A DNA stretch of 64,000 nt from Eledone cirrhosa (Eukaryota): positions 169,012,001 to 169,076,000 of the forward strand of contig OZ024742.1 of assembly GCA_964016885.1 (NCBI GenBank), given 5' to 3'. A program made the translations under genes and the position numbers. Below, piece by piece: positions 41,916 through 57,100 of this stretch. Every line of letters begins with the position of its first letter. Position 1 is the first letter of the stretch. Below the pieces are notes generated by a model, which worked only from the letters and a program-made list of their open reading frames with translations, made no database searches and was not told the origin of the DNA.

Positions 41916-44900
41916 TTGGCTGGCGGGAAATTATCTCCCCTTGGACGGCTGAAAATTATCTCCCCTTGGACGGCTGGAAATTATCTCTCCTCGGACGGCT
42001 AGAAATTACCTCTCCTTGGACAGCTGAAAATTATCTCCCCTTGAACGGCTGGAAATTATCTCCCCTTGATTTTTTTTACAAATTATCTCCCCCTGATTTT
42101 TTTTTACAAATTATCTCCCCCTGATTTTTTTTTACAAATTATCTCCCCCTGATTTTTTTTTACAAATTATCTCCCCCTGATTTTTTTACAAATTATCTCC
42201 CCTTGGCTGGCTGGAAATTATCTCCCCTTGGAGGCTGGAATTTATCTCCCCTTGGACGGCTAGAAATTACCTCGCCTTGGACGGCTGGAAAATATGTCTC
42301 CTTGGACGGCTGGAAATTATCTCCCCTTGGTCGGCTGGAAATTATCTCCCCTTGGACGGCTGGAAATTATCTCCCCTTGGACGGCTAGATATTACCTCCC
42401 CTTGGACGGCTGGAAATTATCTCCCCTTGATTTTTTTTACAAATTATCTCCCCCTGATTTTTTTTTTAAAATTATCTCCCCCTGATTTTTTTTTACGAAT
42501 TATCTCCCCCCGATTTTTTTTTACAAATTATCTCCCCCTGATTTTTTTTTACAAATTATCTCCCCCTGATTTTTTTACAAATTATCTCCCCCTGATTTTT
42601 TTTACAATCTCCGCCTGATTTTTTAAAAAATTATCTTCACTTGGCTGGCGGGAAATTATCTCCCCTTGGACGGCTGGAAATTATATCCCCTTGGAAGGAT
42701 GGAAATTATCTCCCCTTGGACGGCTGGAAATTATCTCCCCTTGGACGGCTGGAAATTATCTCCCCTTGGACAGCTGGAAATTATCTGCCCTTGATTTTGT
42801 TTTTACAAATTATCTCCCCCTGATTTTTTTTACAAATTATCTCCACCTGATTTTTTAAAAAATTATCTCCCCTTGGACGGCTGGAAATTATCTCCCCTTG
42901 ATTTTTTTACAAATTATCTCCCCCTGATTTTTTTTACAAATTATCTCCCCCTGATTTTTTGTCACAAATTATCTCCCCCTGATTTTTTTACAAATTATCT
43001 CCCCCTGATTTTTTTTACAAATTATCTCCGCCTGATTTTTTTAAATATTATCTTCCCTTGGCTGGCGGGAAATTATCTCCCCTTGGACGGCTGAAAATTA
43101 TCTCCCCTTGGACGGCTGGAAATTATCTCCCCTTGATTTTTTTTACAAATTATCTCCACCTGATTTTTTTTTACAAATTATCTCCCCCTGATTTTTTTTT
43201 ACAAATTATCTCCCCCTGATTTTTTTACAAATTATCTCCCCTTGGCTGGCTGGAAATTATCTCCCCTTGGAGGCTGGAATTTATCTCCCCTTGGACGGCT
43301 AGAAATTACCTCTCCTTGGACGGCTGGAAAATATGTCTCCTTGGACGGCTGGATATTATCTACCCTTGGACGGCTGGAAATTATCTCCCCTTGGACGGCT
43401 GGAAATTATCTCCCCTTGGACGGCTAGATATTACCTCCCCTTGGACGGCTGGAAATTATCTCCCCTTGATTTTTTTTACAAATTATCTCCCCCTGATTTT
43501 TTTTTACGAATTATCTCCCCCTGATTTTTTTTTACAAATTATCTCCGCCTGATTTTTTTTTTTAAATTATCTCCCCTTGAACGGCTGGAAATTATCTCCC
43601 CTTGGACGGCTGGAAATTATCTCCCCTTGGACGGCTAGAAATTACCTCTCCTTGGACGGCTGAAAATTATCTCCCCTTGGACGGCTGCAAATTATCTCCC
43701 CTTGATTTTTTTAACAAATTATCTCCCCCTGATTTTTTTTTACAAATTATCTCCCCCTGATTTTTTTTTACAAATTATCTACGCCTAATTTTTTTTACAA
43801 ATTATCTCCCCCTGATTTTTTTTTACAAATTATCTCCCCCTGATTTTTTTTAGAAATTATCTCCCCCTGATTTTTTTTTACAAATTATCTCCCCCTGATT
43901 TTTTTACAAATTATCTCCCCCCTGATTTTTTTTACAATCTCCGCCTGATTTTTTTAAAAATTATCTTCCCTTGGCTGGCGGGAAATTATCTCCCCTTGGA
44001 CGGCTGGAAATTATATCCCCTTGGAAGGATGGAAATTATCTCCCCTTGGACGGCTGGAAATTATCTCCCCTTGGACGGCTGGAAATTACCTCCCCTTGGA
44101 CAGCTGGAAATTATCTGCCCTTGATTTTGTTTTTACAAATTATCTCCCCCTGATTTTTTTTACAAATTATCTCCACCTGATTTTTTAAAAAATTATCTCC
44201 CCTTGGACGGCTGGAAATTATCTCCCCTTGATTTTTCTACAAATTATCTCCCCCTGATTTTTTTTACAAATTATCTCCCCCTGATTTTTTTTTTACAAAT
44301 TATCTCCCCCTGATTTTTTTACAAATTATCTCCCCCTGATTTTTTTTACAAATTATCTCCGCCTGATTTTTTTAAATATTATCTTCCCTTGGCTGGCGGG
44401 AAATTATCTCCCCTTGGACGGCTGAAAATTATCTCCCCTTGGACGGCTGGAAATTATCTCCCCTTGATTTTTTTTACAAATTATCTCCCCCTGATTTTTT
44501 TTTACAAATTATCTCCCCCTGATTTTTTTTTACAAATTATCTCCCCCTGATTTTTTTTTACAAATTATCTGCCCCTGATTTTTTTTACAAATTATCTCCC
44601 CCTGATTTTTTTACAAATTATCTCCTCTTGGCTGGCTGGAAATTATCTCCCCTTGGAGGCTGGAATTTATCTCCCCTTGGACGGCTAGAAATTACCTCTC
44701 CTTGGACGGCTGGAAAATATTTCTCCTTGGACGGCTGGATATTATCTACCCTTGGACGGGTGGAAATTATCTCCCCTTGGACGGCTGGAAATTATCTCCC
44801 CTTGGACGGCTAGATATTACCTCCCCTTGGACGGCTGGAAATTATCTCCCCTTGATTTTTTTTACAAATTATCTCCCCCTGATTTTTTTTACAAATTATC

Positions 44901-45149
44901 TCCACCTGATTTTTTTACAAATTATCTCCCCCTGATTTCTTTTACAAATTATCTCCCCCTGATTTTTTTTTTACAAATTATCTCCCCCTGATTTTTTTAC
45001 AAATTATCTCCCCTGATTTTTTTTACAAATTATCTCCGCCTGATTTTTTTAAATATTATCTTCCCTTGGCTGGCGGGAAATTATCTCCCCTTGGACGGCT
45101 GAAAATTATCTCCCCTTGGACGGCTGGAAATTATCTCCCCTTGATTTTT

Positions 45150-48100
45150 TTTACAAATTATCTCCCCCTGATTATTTTTTACAAATTATCTTTCCCTGAT
45201 TTTTTTTACAAATTATCTCCCCCTGATTTTTTTTACAAATTATCTCCCCCTGATTTTTTTACAAATTATCTCCCCTTGGCTGGCTGGAAATTATCTCTCC
45301 TTGGACGGCTAGTAATTACCTCTCCTTGGACGGCTGGAAAATATGTCTCGTTGGAGGGCTGGAAATTATCTCCCCTTGGACGGCTGGAAATTATCTCCCC
45401 TTGGACGGCTGGAAATTATCTCTCCTTGGACGGCTAGAAATTATCTCCCCTTGGACGGCTAGATATTACCTCCCCTTGGACGGCTGGAAATTATCTCCCC
45501 TTGATTTTTTTTACAAATTATCTCCCCCTGATTTTTTTTACAAATTATCTCCACCTGATTTTTTTACAAATTATCTCCCCCTGATTTTTTTTACAAATTA
45601 TCTCCGCCTAATTTTTTTAAATATTATCTTCCCTTGGCTGGCGGGAAATTATCTCCCCTTGGACGGCTGAAAATTATCTCCCCTTGGACGGCTGGAAATT
45701 ATCTCCCCTTGATTTTTTTTACAAATTATCTCCCCCTGATTTTTTTTTACAAATTATCTCCCCCTGATTTTTTTTTACAAATTATCTCCCCCTGATTTTT
45801 TTTACAAATTATCTCCACCTGATTTTTTAAAAAATTATCTCCCCTTGGACGGCTGGAAATTATCTCCCCTTGGCTCGAAATTATCTCCCCTTGGACGGCT
45901 AGAAATTATCTCTCTTTGGACGGCTGGAAATTATCTCCCTTTGATTTTTTTTACAAATTATCTCCCCCTGATTTTTTTTACAAATTATCTCCCCTTGGAC
46001 GGCTGGAAATTATCTCCCCTTGGACGGCTGGAAATTATCTCCCCTTGGACGGCTAGAAATTACCTCTCCTTGGACGACTGAAAATTATCTCCCCTTGGAC
46101 GGCTGCAAATTATCTCCCCTTGATTTTTTTTACAAATTATCTCCGCCTGATTTTTTTTTTAAAATTATCTCCCCTTGGACGGCTGGAAATTACCTCCCCT
46201 TGGACGGCTGGAAATTATCTCCCCTTGGACGGCTAGAAATTACCTCTCATTGGACGGCTGAAAATTATCTCCCCTTGGACGGCTGGAAATTATCTCCCCT
46301 TGATTTTTTTACAAATTATCTCCCCATGATTTTTTTTTACAAATTATCTCCGCCTGATTTTTTTTTTACAAATTATCTCCGCCTGATTTTTTTTTAAAAT
46401 TATCTCTCCTTGGACGGCTGGATATTATCTCCCGTTTCATTTTTTTTACAAATTATCTCCCCCTGATTTTTTTTTACAAATTATCTCCCCCTGATTTTTT
46501 TTTACAAATTATCTACCCCTAATTTTTTTTTACAAATTATCTCCCCCTGATTTTTTTTACAAATTATCTCCCCCTGATTTTTTTTTTACAAATTATCTCC
46601 CCCTGATTTTTTTTACAAATTATCTCCCCCTGATTTTTTTTACAAATTATCTCCGCCTGATTTTTTTAAATATTATCTTCTCTTGGCTGGCGGGAAATTA
46701 TCTCCCCTTGGACGGCTGGAAATTATCTCCCCTTGATTTTTTTTACAAATTATCTCCCTCTGATTTTTTTTTACAAATTATCTCCCCCTGATTTTTTTTT
46801 ACAAATTATCTCCCCGTGATTTTTTTTACAAATTATCTCCCCCTGATTTTTTTACAAATTATCTCCCCTTGGCTGGCTGGAAATTATCTCCTCTTGGAGG
46901 CTGGAATTTATCTCCCCTTGGACGGCTAGAAATTACCTCTCCTTGGACGGCTGGAAAATATGTCCTTGGACGGCTGGATATTATCTACCCTTGGACGGCT
47001 GGAAATTATCTCCCCTTGGACGGCTGGAAATTATCTCCCCTTGGACGGCTAGATATTACCTCCCCTTGGACGGCTGGAAATTATCTCCCCTTGATTTTTT
47101 TTACAAATTATCTCCCCCTGATTTTTTTTTACAAATTATCTCCCCCTGATTTTTTTTTACAAATTATCTACCCCTGATTTTTTTTTACAAATTATCTCCC
47201 CCTGATTTTTTTACAAATTATCTATCCCTGATTTTTTTTTACAAATTATCTCCCCCTGATTTTTTTTTACAAATTATCTCCCCCTGATTTTTTTTTACAA
47301 ATTATCTCCCCCTGATTTTTTTTTACAAATTATCTCCCCCTGATTTTTTTTACAAATTATCTCCCCCTGATTTTTTTTACAAATTATCTCCCCCTGATTT
47401 TTTTACAAATTATCTCCCCCTGATTTTTTTTACAAATTATCTCCGCCTAATTTTTTTAAATATTATCTTCCCTTGGCTGGCGGGAAATTATCTCCCCTTG
47501 GACGGCTGAAAATTATCTCCCCTTGGACGGCTGGAAATTATCTCCCCTTGATTTTTTTACAAATTATCTCCCCCTGATTATTTTTTACAAATTATCTCCC
47601 CCTGATTTTTTTTTACAAATTATCTCCCTCTGATTTTTTTTACAAATTATCTCCCCTTGGCTGGCTGGAAATTATCTCCCCTTGGAGGCTGGAATTTATC
47701 TCCCCTTGGACGGTTAGAAATTACCTCTCCTTGGACTGCTGGAAAATATGTCTCCTTGGACGGCTGGAAATTATCTCCCCTTGGACGGCTGGAAATTATC
47801 TCCCCTTGGACGGCTGGAAATTATCTCTCCTCGGACGACTAGAAATTACCTCTCCTTGGACAGCTGAAAATTATCTCCCCTTGGACGGCTGGAAATTATC
47901 TCCCCTTGATTTTTTTTACAAATTATCTCCCCCTGATTTTTTTTTACAAATTATCTCCCCCTGATTTTTTTTTACAAATTATCTCCCCCTGATTTTTTTT
48001 ACAAATTATCTCCCCCTGATATTTTTTACAAATTATCTCCCCCTGATTTTTTTACAAATTATCTCCCCTTGGCTGACTGGAAATTATCTCCCCTTGGAGG

Positions 48101-51100
48101 CTGGAATTTATCTCCCCTTGGACGGCTAGAAATTACCTCGCCTTGGACGGCTGGAAAATATGTCTCCTTGGACGGCTGGAAATTATCTCCCCTTGGACGG
48201 CTGGAAATTATCTCCCCTTGGACGGCTGGAAATTATCTCCCCTTGGACGGCTAGATATTACCTCCCCTTGGACGGCTGGAAATTATCTCCCCTTGATTTT
48301 TTTTACAAGTTATCTCCCCCTGATTTTTTTTTACAAATTATCTCCCCCTGATTTTTTTTTACGAATTATCTCCCCCTGATTTTTTTTTACAAATTATCTC
48401 CGCCTGATTTTTTTTTAAAAATTATCTCCCCTTGAACGGCTGGAAATTATCTCCCCTTGGACGGCTGGAAATTATCTCCCCTTGGACGGCTAGAAATTAC
48501 CTCTGCTTGGACGGCTGAAAATTATCTCCCCTTGGACGGCTGCAAATTATCTCCCCTTGATTTTTTAACAAATTATCTCCCCCTGATTTTTTTTTACAAA
48601 TTATCTCCCCCTGATTTTTTTTTACAAATTATCTACGCCTAATTTTTTTTACAAATTATCTCCCCCTGATTTTTTTTTACAAATTATCTCCCCCTGATTT
48701 TTTTTACAAATTATCTCCCCCTGATTTTTTTTTACAAATTATTTCCCCCTGATTTTTTTACAAATTATCTATCCCCTGATTTTTTTACAATCTCCGCCTG
48801 ATTTTTTTAAAAATTATCTTCCCTTGGCTGGCGGCAAATTATCTCCCCTTGGACGGCTGGAAATTATATCCCCTTGGAAGGATGGAAATTATCTCCCCTT
48901 GGACGGCTGGAAATTATCTCCCCTTGGACGGCTGGAAATTATCTCCCCTTGGACAGCTGGAAATTATCTGCCCTTGATTTTGTTTTTACAAATTATCTCC
49001 CCCTGATTTTTTTTACAAATTATCTCCACCTGATTTTTTAAAAAATTATCTCCCCTTGGACGGCTGGAAATTATCTCCCTTTGATTTTTTTACAAATTAT
49101 CTCCCCCTGATTTTTTTTTACAAATTATCTCCCCCTGATTTTTTTTTACAAATTATCTCCCCCTGATTTTTTTTTACAAATTATCTCCCCCTGATTTTTT
49201 TTACAAATTATCTCCCCCTGATTTTTTTACAAATTATCTCCCCTTGGCTGGCTGGAAATTATCTCCCCTTGGAGGCTGGAATTTATCTCCCCTTGGACGG
49301 CTAGAAATTACCTCTCCTTGGACGGCTGGAAAATATGTCCTTGGACGGCTGGATATTATCTACCCTTGGACGGCTGGAAATTATCTCCCCTTGGACGGCT
49401 GGAAATTATCTCCCCTTGGACGGCTAGATATTACCTCCCCTTGGACGGCTGGAAATTATCTCCCCTTGATTTTTTTTACAAATTATCTCCCCCTGATTTT
49501 TTTTACAAATCTAATGATTTTTAAAAAAAAATTATCTCCCCTTCGCTGGCTGGAAATTATCTCCCCTTGGACGCTGGAAATTATATCCCCTTGGAGGGCT
49601 GGAAATTATCTTCCCTTGGACGGCTGGAAATTATCTCCCCTTGGCTCGAAATTATCTCCCCTTGGACGGCTAGAAATTATCTCTCTTTGGACGGCTGGAA
49701 ATTATCTCCCTTTGATTTTTTTTACAAATTATCTCCCCCTGATTTTTTTTACAAATCTCCCCCTGATTTTTTAAAAAAAATTATCTCCCCTTCGCTGGCT
49801 GGAAATTATCTCCCCTTGGACACTGGAAATTATAGCCCCTTGGAGGGCTGGAAATTATCTTCCCTTGGACGGCTGGAAATTATCTCTGCTTGATTTTTTT
49901 TACAAATTATCTCCCCCTGATTTTTTTTTACAAATTATCCCCCCCGATTTTTTTTACAAATTATCTCCCCCTGATTTTTTTTACAAATTATCTCCCCTTG
50001 GACGGCTGGAAATTATCTCCCCTTGGACGGCTGGAAATTATCTCCCCTTGGACGGCTAGAAATTACCTCTCCTTGGACGACTGAAAATTATCTCCCCTTG
50101 GACGGCTGCAAATTATCTCCCCTTGATTTTTTTTACAAATTATCTCCGCCTGATTTTTTTTTTAAAATTATCTCCCCTTGGACGGCTGGAAATTACCTCC
50201 CCTTGGACGGCTGGAAATTATCTCCCCTTGGACGGCTAGAAATTACCTCTCATTGGACGGCTGAAAATTATCTCCCCTTGGACGGCTGGAAATTATCTCC
50301 CCTTGATTTTTTTACAAATTATCTCCCCCTGATTTTTTTTTACAAATTATCTCCCCCTGATTTTTTTTTTACAAATTATCTCCGCCTGATTTTTTTTTTA
50401 AATTATCTCTCCTTGGACGGCTGGATATTATCTCCCCTTTCATTTTTTTTACAAATTATCTCCCCCTGATTTTTTTTTACAAATTATCTCCCCCTGATTT
50501 TTTTTACAAATTATCTCCCCCTGATTTTTTTTTACAAATTATCTCCCCCTGATTTTTTTTACAAATTATCTCCCCCTGATTTTTTTTACAAATTATCTCC
50601 CCCTGATTTTTTTACAAATTATCTCCCCCTGATTTTTTTTACAAATTATCTCCGCCTAATTTTTTTAAATATTATCTTCCCTTGGCTGGCGGGAAATTAT
50701 CTCCCCTTGGACGGCTGAAAATTATCTCCCCTTGGACGGCTGGAAATTATCTCCCCTTGATTTTTTTACAAATTATCTCCCCCTGATTATTTTTTACAAA
50801 TTTTCTCCCCCTGATTTTTTTTTACAAATTATCTCCCTCTGATTTTTTTTACAAATTATCTCCCCTTGGCTGGCTGGAAATTATCTCCCCTTGGAGGCTG
50901 GAATTTATCTCCCCTTGGACGGTTAGAAATTACCTCTCCTTGGACTGCTGGAAAATATGTCTCCTTGGACGGCTGGAAATTATCTCCCCTTGGACGGCTG
51001 GAAATTATCTCCCCTTGGACGGCTGGAAATTATCTCTCCTCGGACGACTAGAAATTACCTCTCCTTGGACAGCTGAAAATTATCTCCCCTTGGACGGCTG

Positions 51101-54100
51101 GAAATTATCTCCCCTTGATTTTTTTTACAAATTATCTCCCCCTGATTTTTTTTTACAAATTATCTCCCCCTGATTTTTTTTTACAAATTATCTCCCCCTG
51201 ATTTTTTTTACAAATTATCTCCCCCTGATATTTTTTACAAATTATCTCCCCCTGATTTTTTTACAAATTATCTCCCCTTGGCTGGCTGGAAATTATCTCC
51301 CCTTGGAGGCTGGAATTTATCTCCCCTTGGACGGCTAGAAATTACCTCGCCTTGGACGGCTGGAAAATATGTCTCCTTAGACGGCTGGAAATTATCTCCC
51401 CTTGGACGGCTGGAAATTATCTCCCCTTGGACGGCTGGAAATTATCTCCTCTTGGACGGCTAGATATTACCTCCCCTTGGACGGCTGGAAATTATCTCCC
51501 CTTGATTTTTTTTACAAATTATCTCCCCCTGATTTTTTTTACAAATTATCTCCCCCTGATTTTTTTTACGAATTATCTCCCCCTGATTTTTTTTTACAAA
51601 TTATCTCCGCCTGATTTTTTTTTAAAAATTATCTCCCCTTGAACGGCTGGAAATTATCTCCCCTTGGACGGCTGGAAATTATCTCCCCTTGGACGGCTAG
51701 AAATTACCTCTCCTTGGACGGCTGAAAATTATCTCCCCTTGGACGGCTGCAAATTATCTCCCCTTGATTTTTTTTACAAATTATCTCCCCCTGATTATTT
51801 TTTACAAATTATCTTTCCCTGATTTTTTTTACAAATTATCTCCCCCTGATTTTTTTTACAAATTATCTCCCCCTGATTTTTTTACAAATTATCTCCCCTT
51901 GGCTGGCTGGAAATTATCTCTCCTTGGACGGCTAGTAATTACCTCTCCTTGGACGGCTGGAAAATATGTCTCGTTGGAGGGCTGGAAATTATCTCCCCTT
52001 GGACGGCTGGAAATTATCTCCCCTTGGACGGCTGGAAATTATCTCTCCTTGGACGGCTAGAAATTATCTCCCCTTGGACGGCTAGATATTACCTCCCCTT
52101 GGACGGCTGGAAATTATCTCCCCTTGATTTTTTTTACAAATTATCTCCCCCTGATTTTTTTTACAAATTATCTCCACCTGATTTTTTTACAAATTATCTC
52201 CCCCTGATTTTTTTTACAAATTATCTCCGCCTAATTTTTTTAAATATTATCTTCCCTTGGCTGGCGGGAAATTATCTCCCCTTGGACGGCTGAAAATTAT
52301 CTCCCCTTGGACGGCTGGAAATTATCTCCCCTTGATTTTTTTTACAAATTATCTCCCCCTGATTTTTTTTTACAAATTATCTCCCCCTGATTTTTTTTTA
52401 CAAATTATCTCCCCCTGATTTTTTTTACAAATTATCTCCACCTGATTTTTTAAAAAATTATCTCCCCTTGGACGGCTGGAAATTATCTCCCCTTGGCTCG
52501 AAATTATCTCCCCTTGGACGGCTAGAAATTATCTCTCTTTGGACGGCTGGAAATTATCTCCCTTTGATTTTTTTTACAAATTATCTCCCCCTGATTTTTT
52601 TTACAAATTATCTCCCCTTGGACGGCTGGAAATTATCTCCCCTTGGACGGCTGGAAATTATCTCCCCTTGGACGGCTAGAAATTACCTCTCCTTGGACGA
52701 CTGAAAATTATCTCCCCTTGGACGGCTGCAAATTATCTCCCCTTGATTTTTTTTACAAATTATCTCCGCCTGATTTTTTTTTTAAAATTATCTCCCCTTG
52801 GACGGCTGGAAATTACCTCCCCTTGGACGGCTGGAAATTATCTCCCCTTGGACGGCTAGAAATTACCTCTCATTGGACGGCTGAAAATTATCTCCCCTTG
52901 GACGGCTGGAAATTATCTCCCCTTGATTTTTTTACAAATTATCTCCCCATGATTTTTTTTTACAAATTATCTCCGCCTGATTTTTTTTTTACAAATTATC
53001 TCCGCCTGATTTTTTTTTAAAATTATCTCTCCTTGGACGGCTGGATATTATCTCCCGTTTCATTTTTTTTACAAATTATCTCCCCCTGATTTTTTTTTAC
53101 AAATTATCTCCCCCTGATTTTTTTTTACAAATTATCTACCCCTAATATTTTTTTTACAAATTATCTCCCCCTGATTTTTTTTACAAATTATCTCCCCCTG
53201 ATTTTTTTTTTACAAATTATCTCCCCCTGATTTTTTTTACAAATTATCTCCCCCTGATTTTTTTTACAAATTATCTCCGCCTGATTTTTTTAAATATTAT
53301 CTTCTCTTGGCTGGCGGGAAATTATCTCCCCTTGGACGGCTGGAAATTATCTCCCCTTGATTTTTTTTACAAATTATCTCCCTCTGATTTTTTTTTACAA
53401 ATTATCTCCCCCTGATTTTTTTTTACAAATTATCTCCCCGTGATTTTTTTTACAAATTATCTCCCCCTGATTTTTTTACAAATTATCTCCCCTTGGCTGG
53501 CTGGAAATTATCTCCTCTTGGAGGCTGGAATTTATCTCCCCTTGGACGGCTAGAAATTACCTCTCCTTGGACGGCTGGAAAATATGTCCTTGGACGGCTG
53601 GATATTATCTACCCTTGGACGGCTGGAAATTATCTCCCCTTGGACGGCTGGAAATTATCTCCCCTTGGACGGCTAGATATTACCTCCCCTTGGACGGCTG
53701 GAAATTATCTCCCCTTGATTTTTTTTACAAATTATCTCCCCCTGATTTTTTTTTTACAAATTATCTCCCCCTGATTTTTTTTTACAAATTATCTACCCCT
53801 GATTTTTTTTTACAAATTATCTCCCCCTGATTTTTTTACAAATTATCTCCCCCTGATTTTTTTTTACAAATTATCTCCCCCTGATTTTTTTTTACAAATT
53901 ATCTCCCCCTGATTTTTTTTTACAAATTATCTCCCCCTGATTTTTTTTTACAAATTATCTCCCCCTGATTTTTTTTACAAATTATCTCCCCCTGATTTTT
54001 TTTACAAATTATCTCCCCCTGATTTTTTTACAAATTATCTCCCCCTGATTTTTTTTACAAATTATCTCCGCCTAATTTTTTTAAATATTATCTTCCCTTG

Positions 54101-57100
54101 GCTGGCGGGAAATTATCTCCCCTTGGACGGCTGAAAATTATCTCCCCTTGGACGGCTGGAAATTATCTCCCCTTGATTTTTTTACAAATTATCTCCCCCT
54201 GATTATTTTTTACAAATTATCTCCCCCTGATTTTTTTTTACAAATTATCTCCCTCTGATTTTTTTTACAAATTATCTCCCCTTGGCTGGCTGGAAATTAT
54301 CTCCCCTTGGAGGCTGGAATTTATCTCCCCTTGGACGGTTAGAAATTACCTCTCCTTGGACTGCTGGAAAATATGTCTCCTTGGACGGCTGGAAATTATC
54401 TCCCCTTGGACGGCTGGAAATTATCTCCCCTTGGACGGCTGGAAATTATCTCTCCTCGGACGACTAGAAATTACCTCTCCTTGGACAGCTGAAAATTATC
54501 TCCCCTTGGACGGCTGGAAATTATCTCCCCTTGATTTTTTTTACAAATTATCTCCCCCTGATTTTTTTTTACAAATTATCTCCCCCTGATTTTTTTTTAC
54601 AAATTATCTCCCCCTGATTTTTTTTACAAATTATCTCCCCCTGATATTTTTTACAAATTATCTCCCCCTGATTTTTTTACAAATTATCTCCCCTTGGCTG
54701 ACTGGAAATTATCTCCCCTTGGAGGCTGGAATTTATCTCCCCTTGGACGGCTAGAAATTACCTCGCCTTGGACGGCTGGAAAATATGTCTCCTTGGACGG
54801 CTGGAAATTATCTCCCCTTGGACGGCTGGAAATTATCTCCCCTTGGACGGCTGGAAATTATCTCCCCTTGGACGGCTAGATATTACCTCCCCTTGGACGG
54901 CTGGAAATTATCTCCCCTTGATTTTTTTTACAAGTTATCTCCCCCTGATTTTTTTTTACAAATTATCTCCCCCTGATTTTTTTTTACGAATTATCTCCCC
55001 CTGATTTTTTTTTACAAATTATCTCCGCCTGATTTTTTTTTAAAAATTATCTCCCCTTGAACGGCTGGAAATTATCTCCCCTTGGACGGCTGGAAATTAT
55101 CTCCCCTTGGACGGCTAGAAATTACCTCTCCTTGGACGGCTGAAAATTATCTCCCCTTGGACGGCTGCAAATTATCTCCCCTTGATTTTTTAACAAATTA
55201 TCTCCCCCTGATTTTTTTTTACAAATTATCTCCCCCTGATTTTTTTTACAAATTATCTCCCCCTGATTTTTTTTTACAAATTATTTCCCCCTGATTTTTT
55301 TACAAATTATCTATCCCCTGATTTTTTTACAATCTCCGCCTGATTTTTTTAAAAATTATCTTCCCTTGGCTGGCGGCAAATTATCTCCCCTTGGACGGCT
55401 GGAAATTATATCCCCTTGGAAGGATGGAAATTATCTCCCCTTGGACGGCTGGAAATTATCTCCCCTTGGACGGCTGGAAATTATCTCCCCTTGGACAGCT
55501 GGAAATTATCTGCCCTTGATTTTGTTTTTACAAATTATCTCCCCCTGATTTTTTTTACAAATTATCTCCACCTGATTTTTTAAAAAATTATCTCCCCTTG
55601 GACGGCTGGAAATTATCTCCCTTTGATTTTTTTACAAATTATCTCCCCCTGATTTTTTTTTACAAATTATCTCCCCCTGATTTTTTTTTACAAATTATCT
55701 CCCCCTGATTTTTTTTTACAAATTATCTCCCCCTGATTTTTTTTACAAATTATCTCCCCCTGATTTTTTTACAAATTATCTCCCCTTGGCTGGCTGGAAA
55801 TTATCTCCCCTTGGAGGCTGGAATTTATCTCCCCTTGGACGGCTAGAAATTACCTCTCCTTGGACGGCTGGAAAATATGTCCTTGGACGGCTGGATATTA
55901 TCTACCCTTGGACGGCTGGAAATTATCTCCCCTTGGACGGCTGGAAATTATCTCCCCTTGGACGGCTAGATATTACCTCCCCTTGGACGGCTGGAAATTA
56001 TCTCCCCTTGATTTTTATTACAAATTATCTCCCCCTGATTTTTTTTACAAATCTAATGATTTTTAAAAAAAAATTATCTCCCCTTCGCTGGCTGGAAATT
56101 ATCTCCCCTTGGACGCTGGAAATTATATCCCCTTGGAGGGCTGGAAATTATCTTCCCTTGGACGGCTGGAAATTATCTCCCCTTGGCTCGAAATTATCTC
56201 CCCTTGGACGGCTAGAAATTATCTCTCTTTGGACGGCTGGAAATTATCTCCCTTTGATTTTTTTTACAAATTATCTCCCCCTGATTTTTTTTACAAATCT
56301 CCCCCTGATTTTTTAAAAAAAATTATCTCCCCTTCGCTGGCTGGAAATTATCTCCCCTTGGACACTGGAAATTATAGCCCCTTGGAGGGCTGGAAATTAT
56401 CTTCCCTTGGACGGCTGGAAATTATCTCTGCTTGATTTTTTTTACAAATTATCTCCCCCTGATTTTTTTTTACAAATTATCCCCCCCGATTTTTTTTACA
56501 AATTATCTCCCCCTGATTTTTTTTACAAATTATCTCCCCTTGGACGGCTGGAAATTATCTCCCCTTGGACGGCTGGAAATTATCTCCCCTTGGACGGCTA
56601 GAAATTACCTCTCCTTGGACGACTGAAAATTATCTCCCCTTGGACGGCTGCAAATTATCTCCCCTTGATTTTTTTTACAAATTATCTCCGGCTGATTTTT
56701 TTTTAAAAATTATCTCCCCTTGGACGGCTGGAAATTACCTCCCCTTGGACGGCTGGAAATTATCTCCCCTTGATTTTTTTACAAATTATCTCCCCCTGAT
56801 TTTTTTTTACAAATTATCTCCCCCTGATTTTTTTTTTACAAATTATCTCCGCCTGATTTTTTTTTTAAATTATCTCTCCTTGGACGGCTGGATATTATCT
56901 CCCCTTTCATTTTTTTTACAAATTATCTCCCCCTGATTTTTTTTTACAAATTATCTCCCCCTGATTTTTTTTTACAAATTATCTACCCCTAATTTTTTTT
57001 TACAAATTATCTCCCCCTGATTTTTTTTACAAATTATCTCCCCCTGATTTTTTTTTTACAAATTATCTCCCCCTGATTTTTTTTACAAATTATCTCCCCC

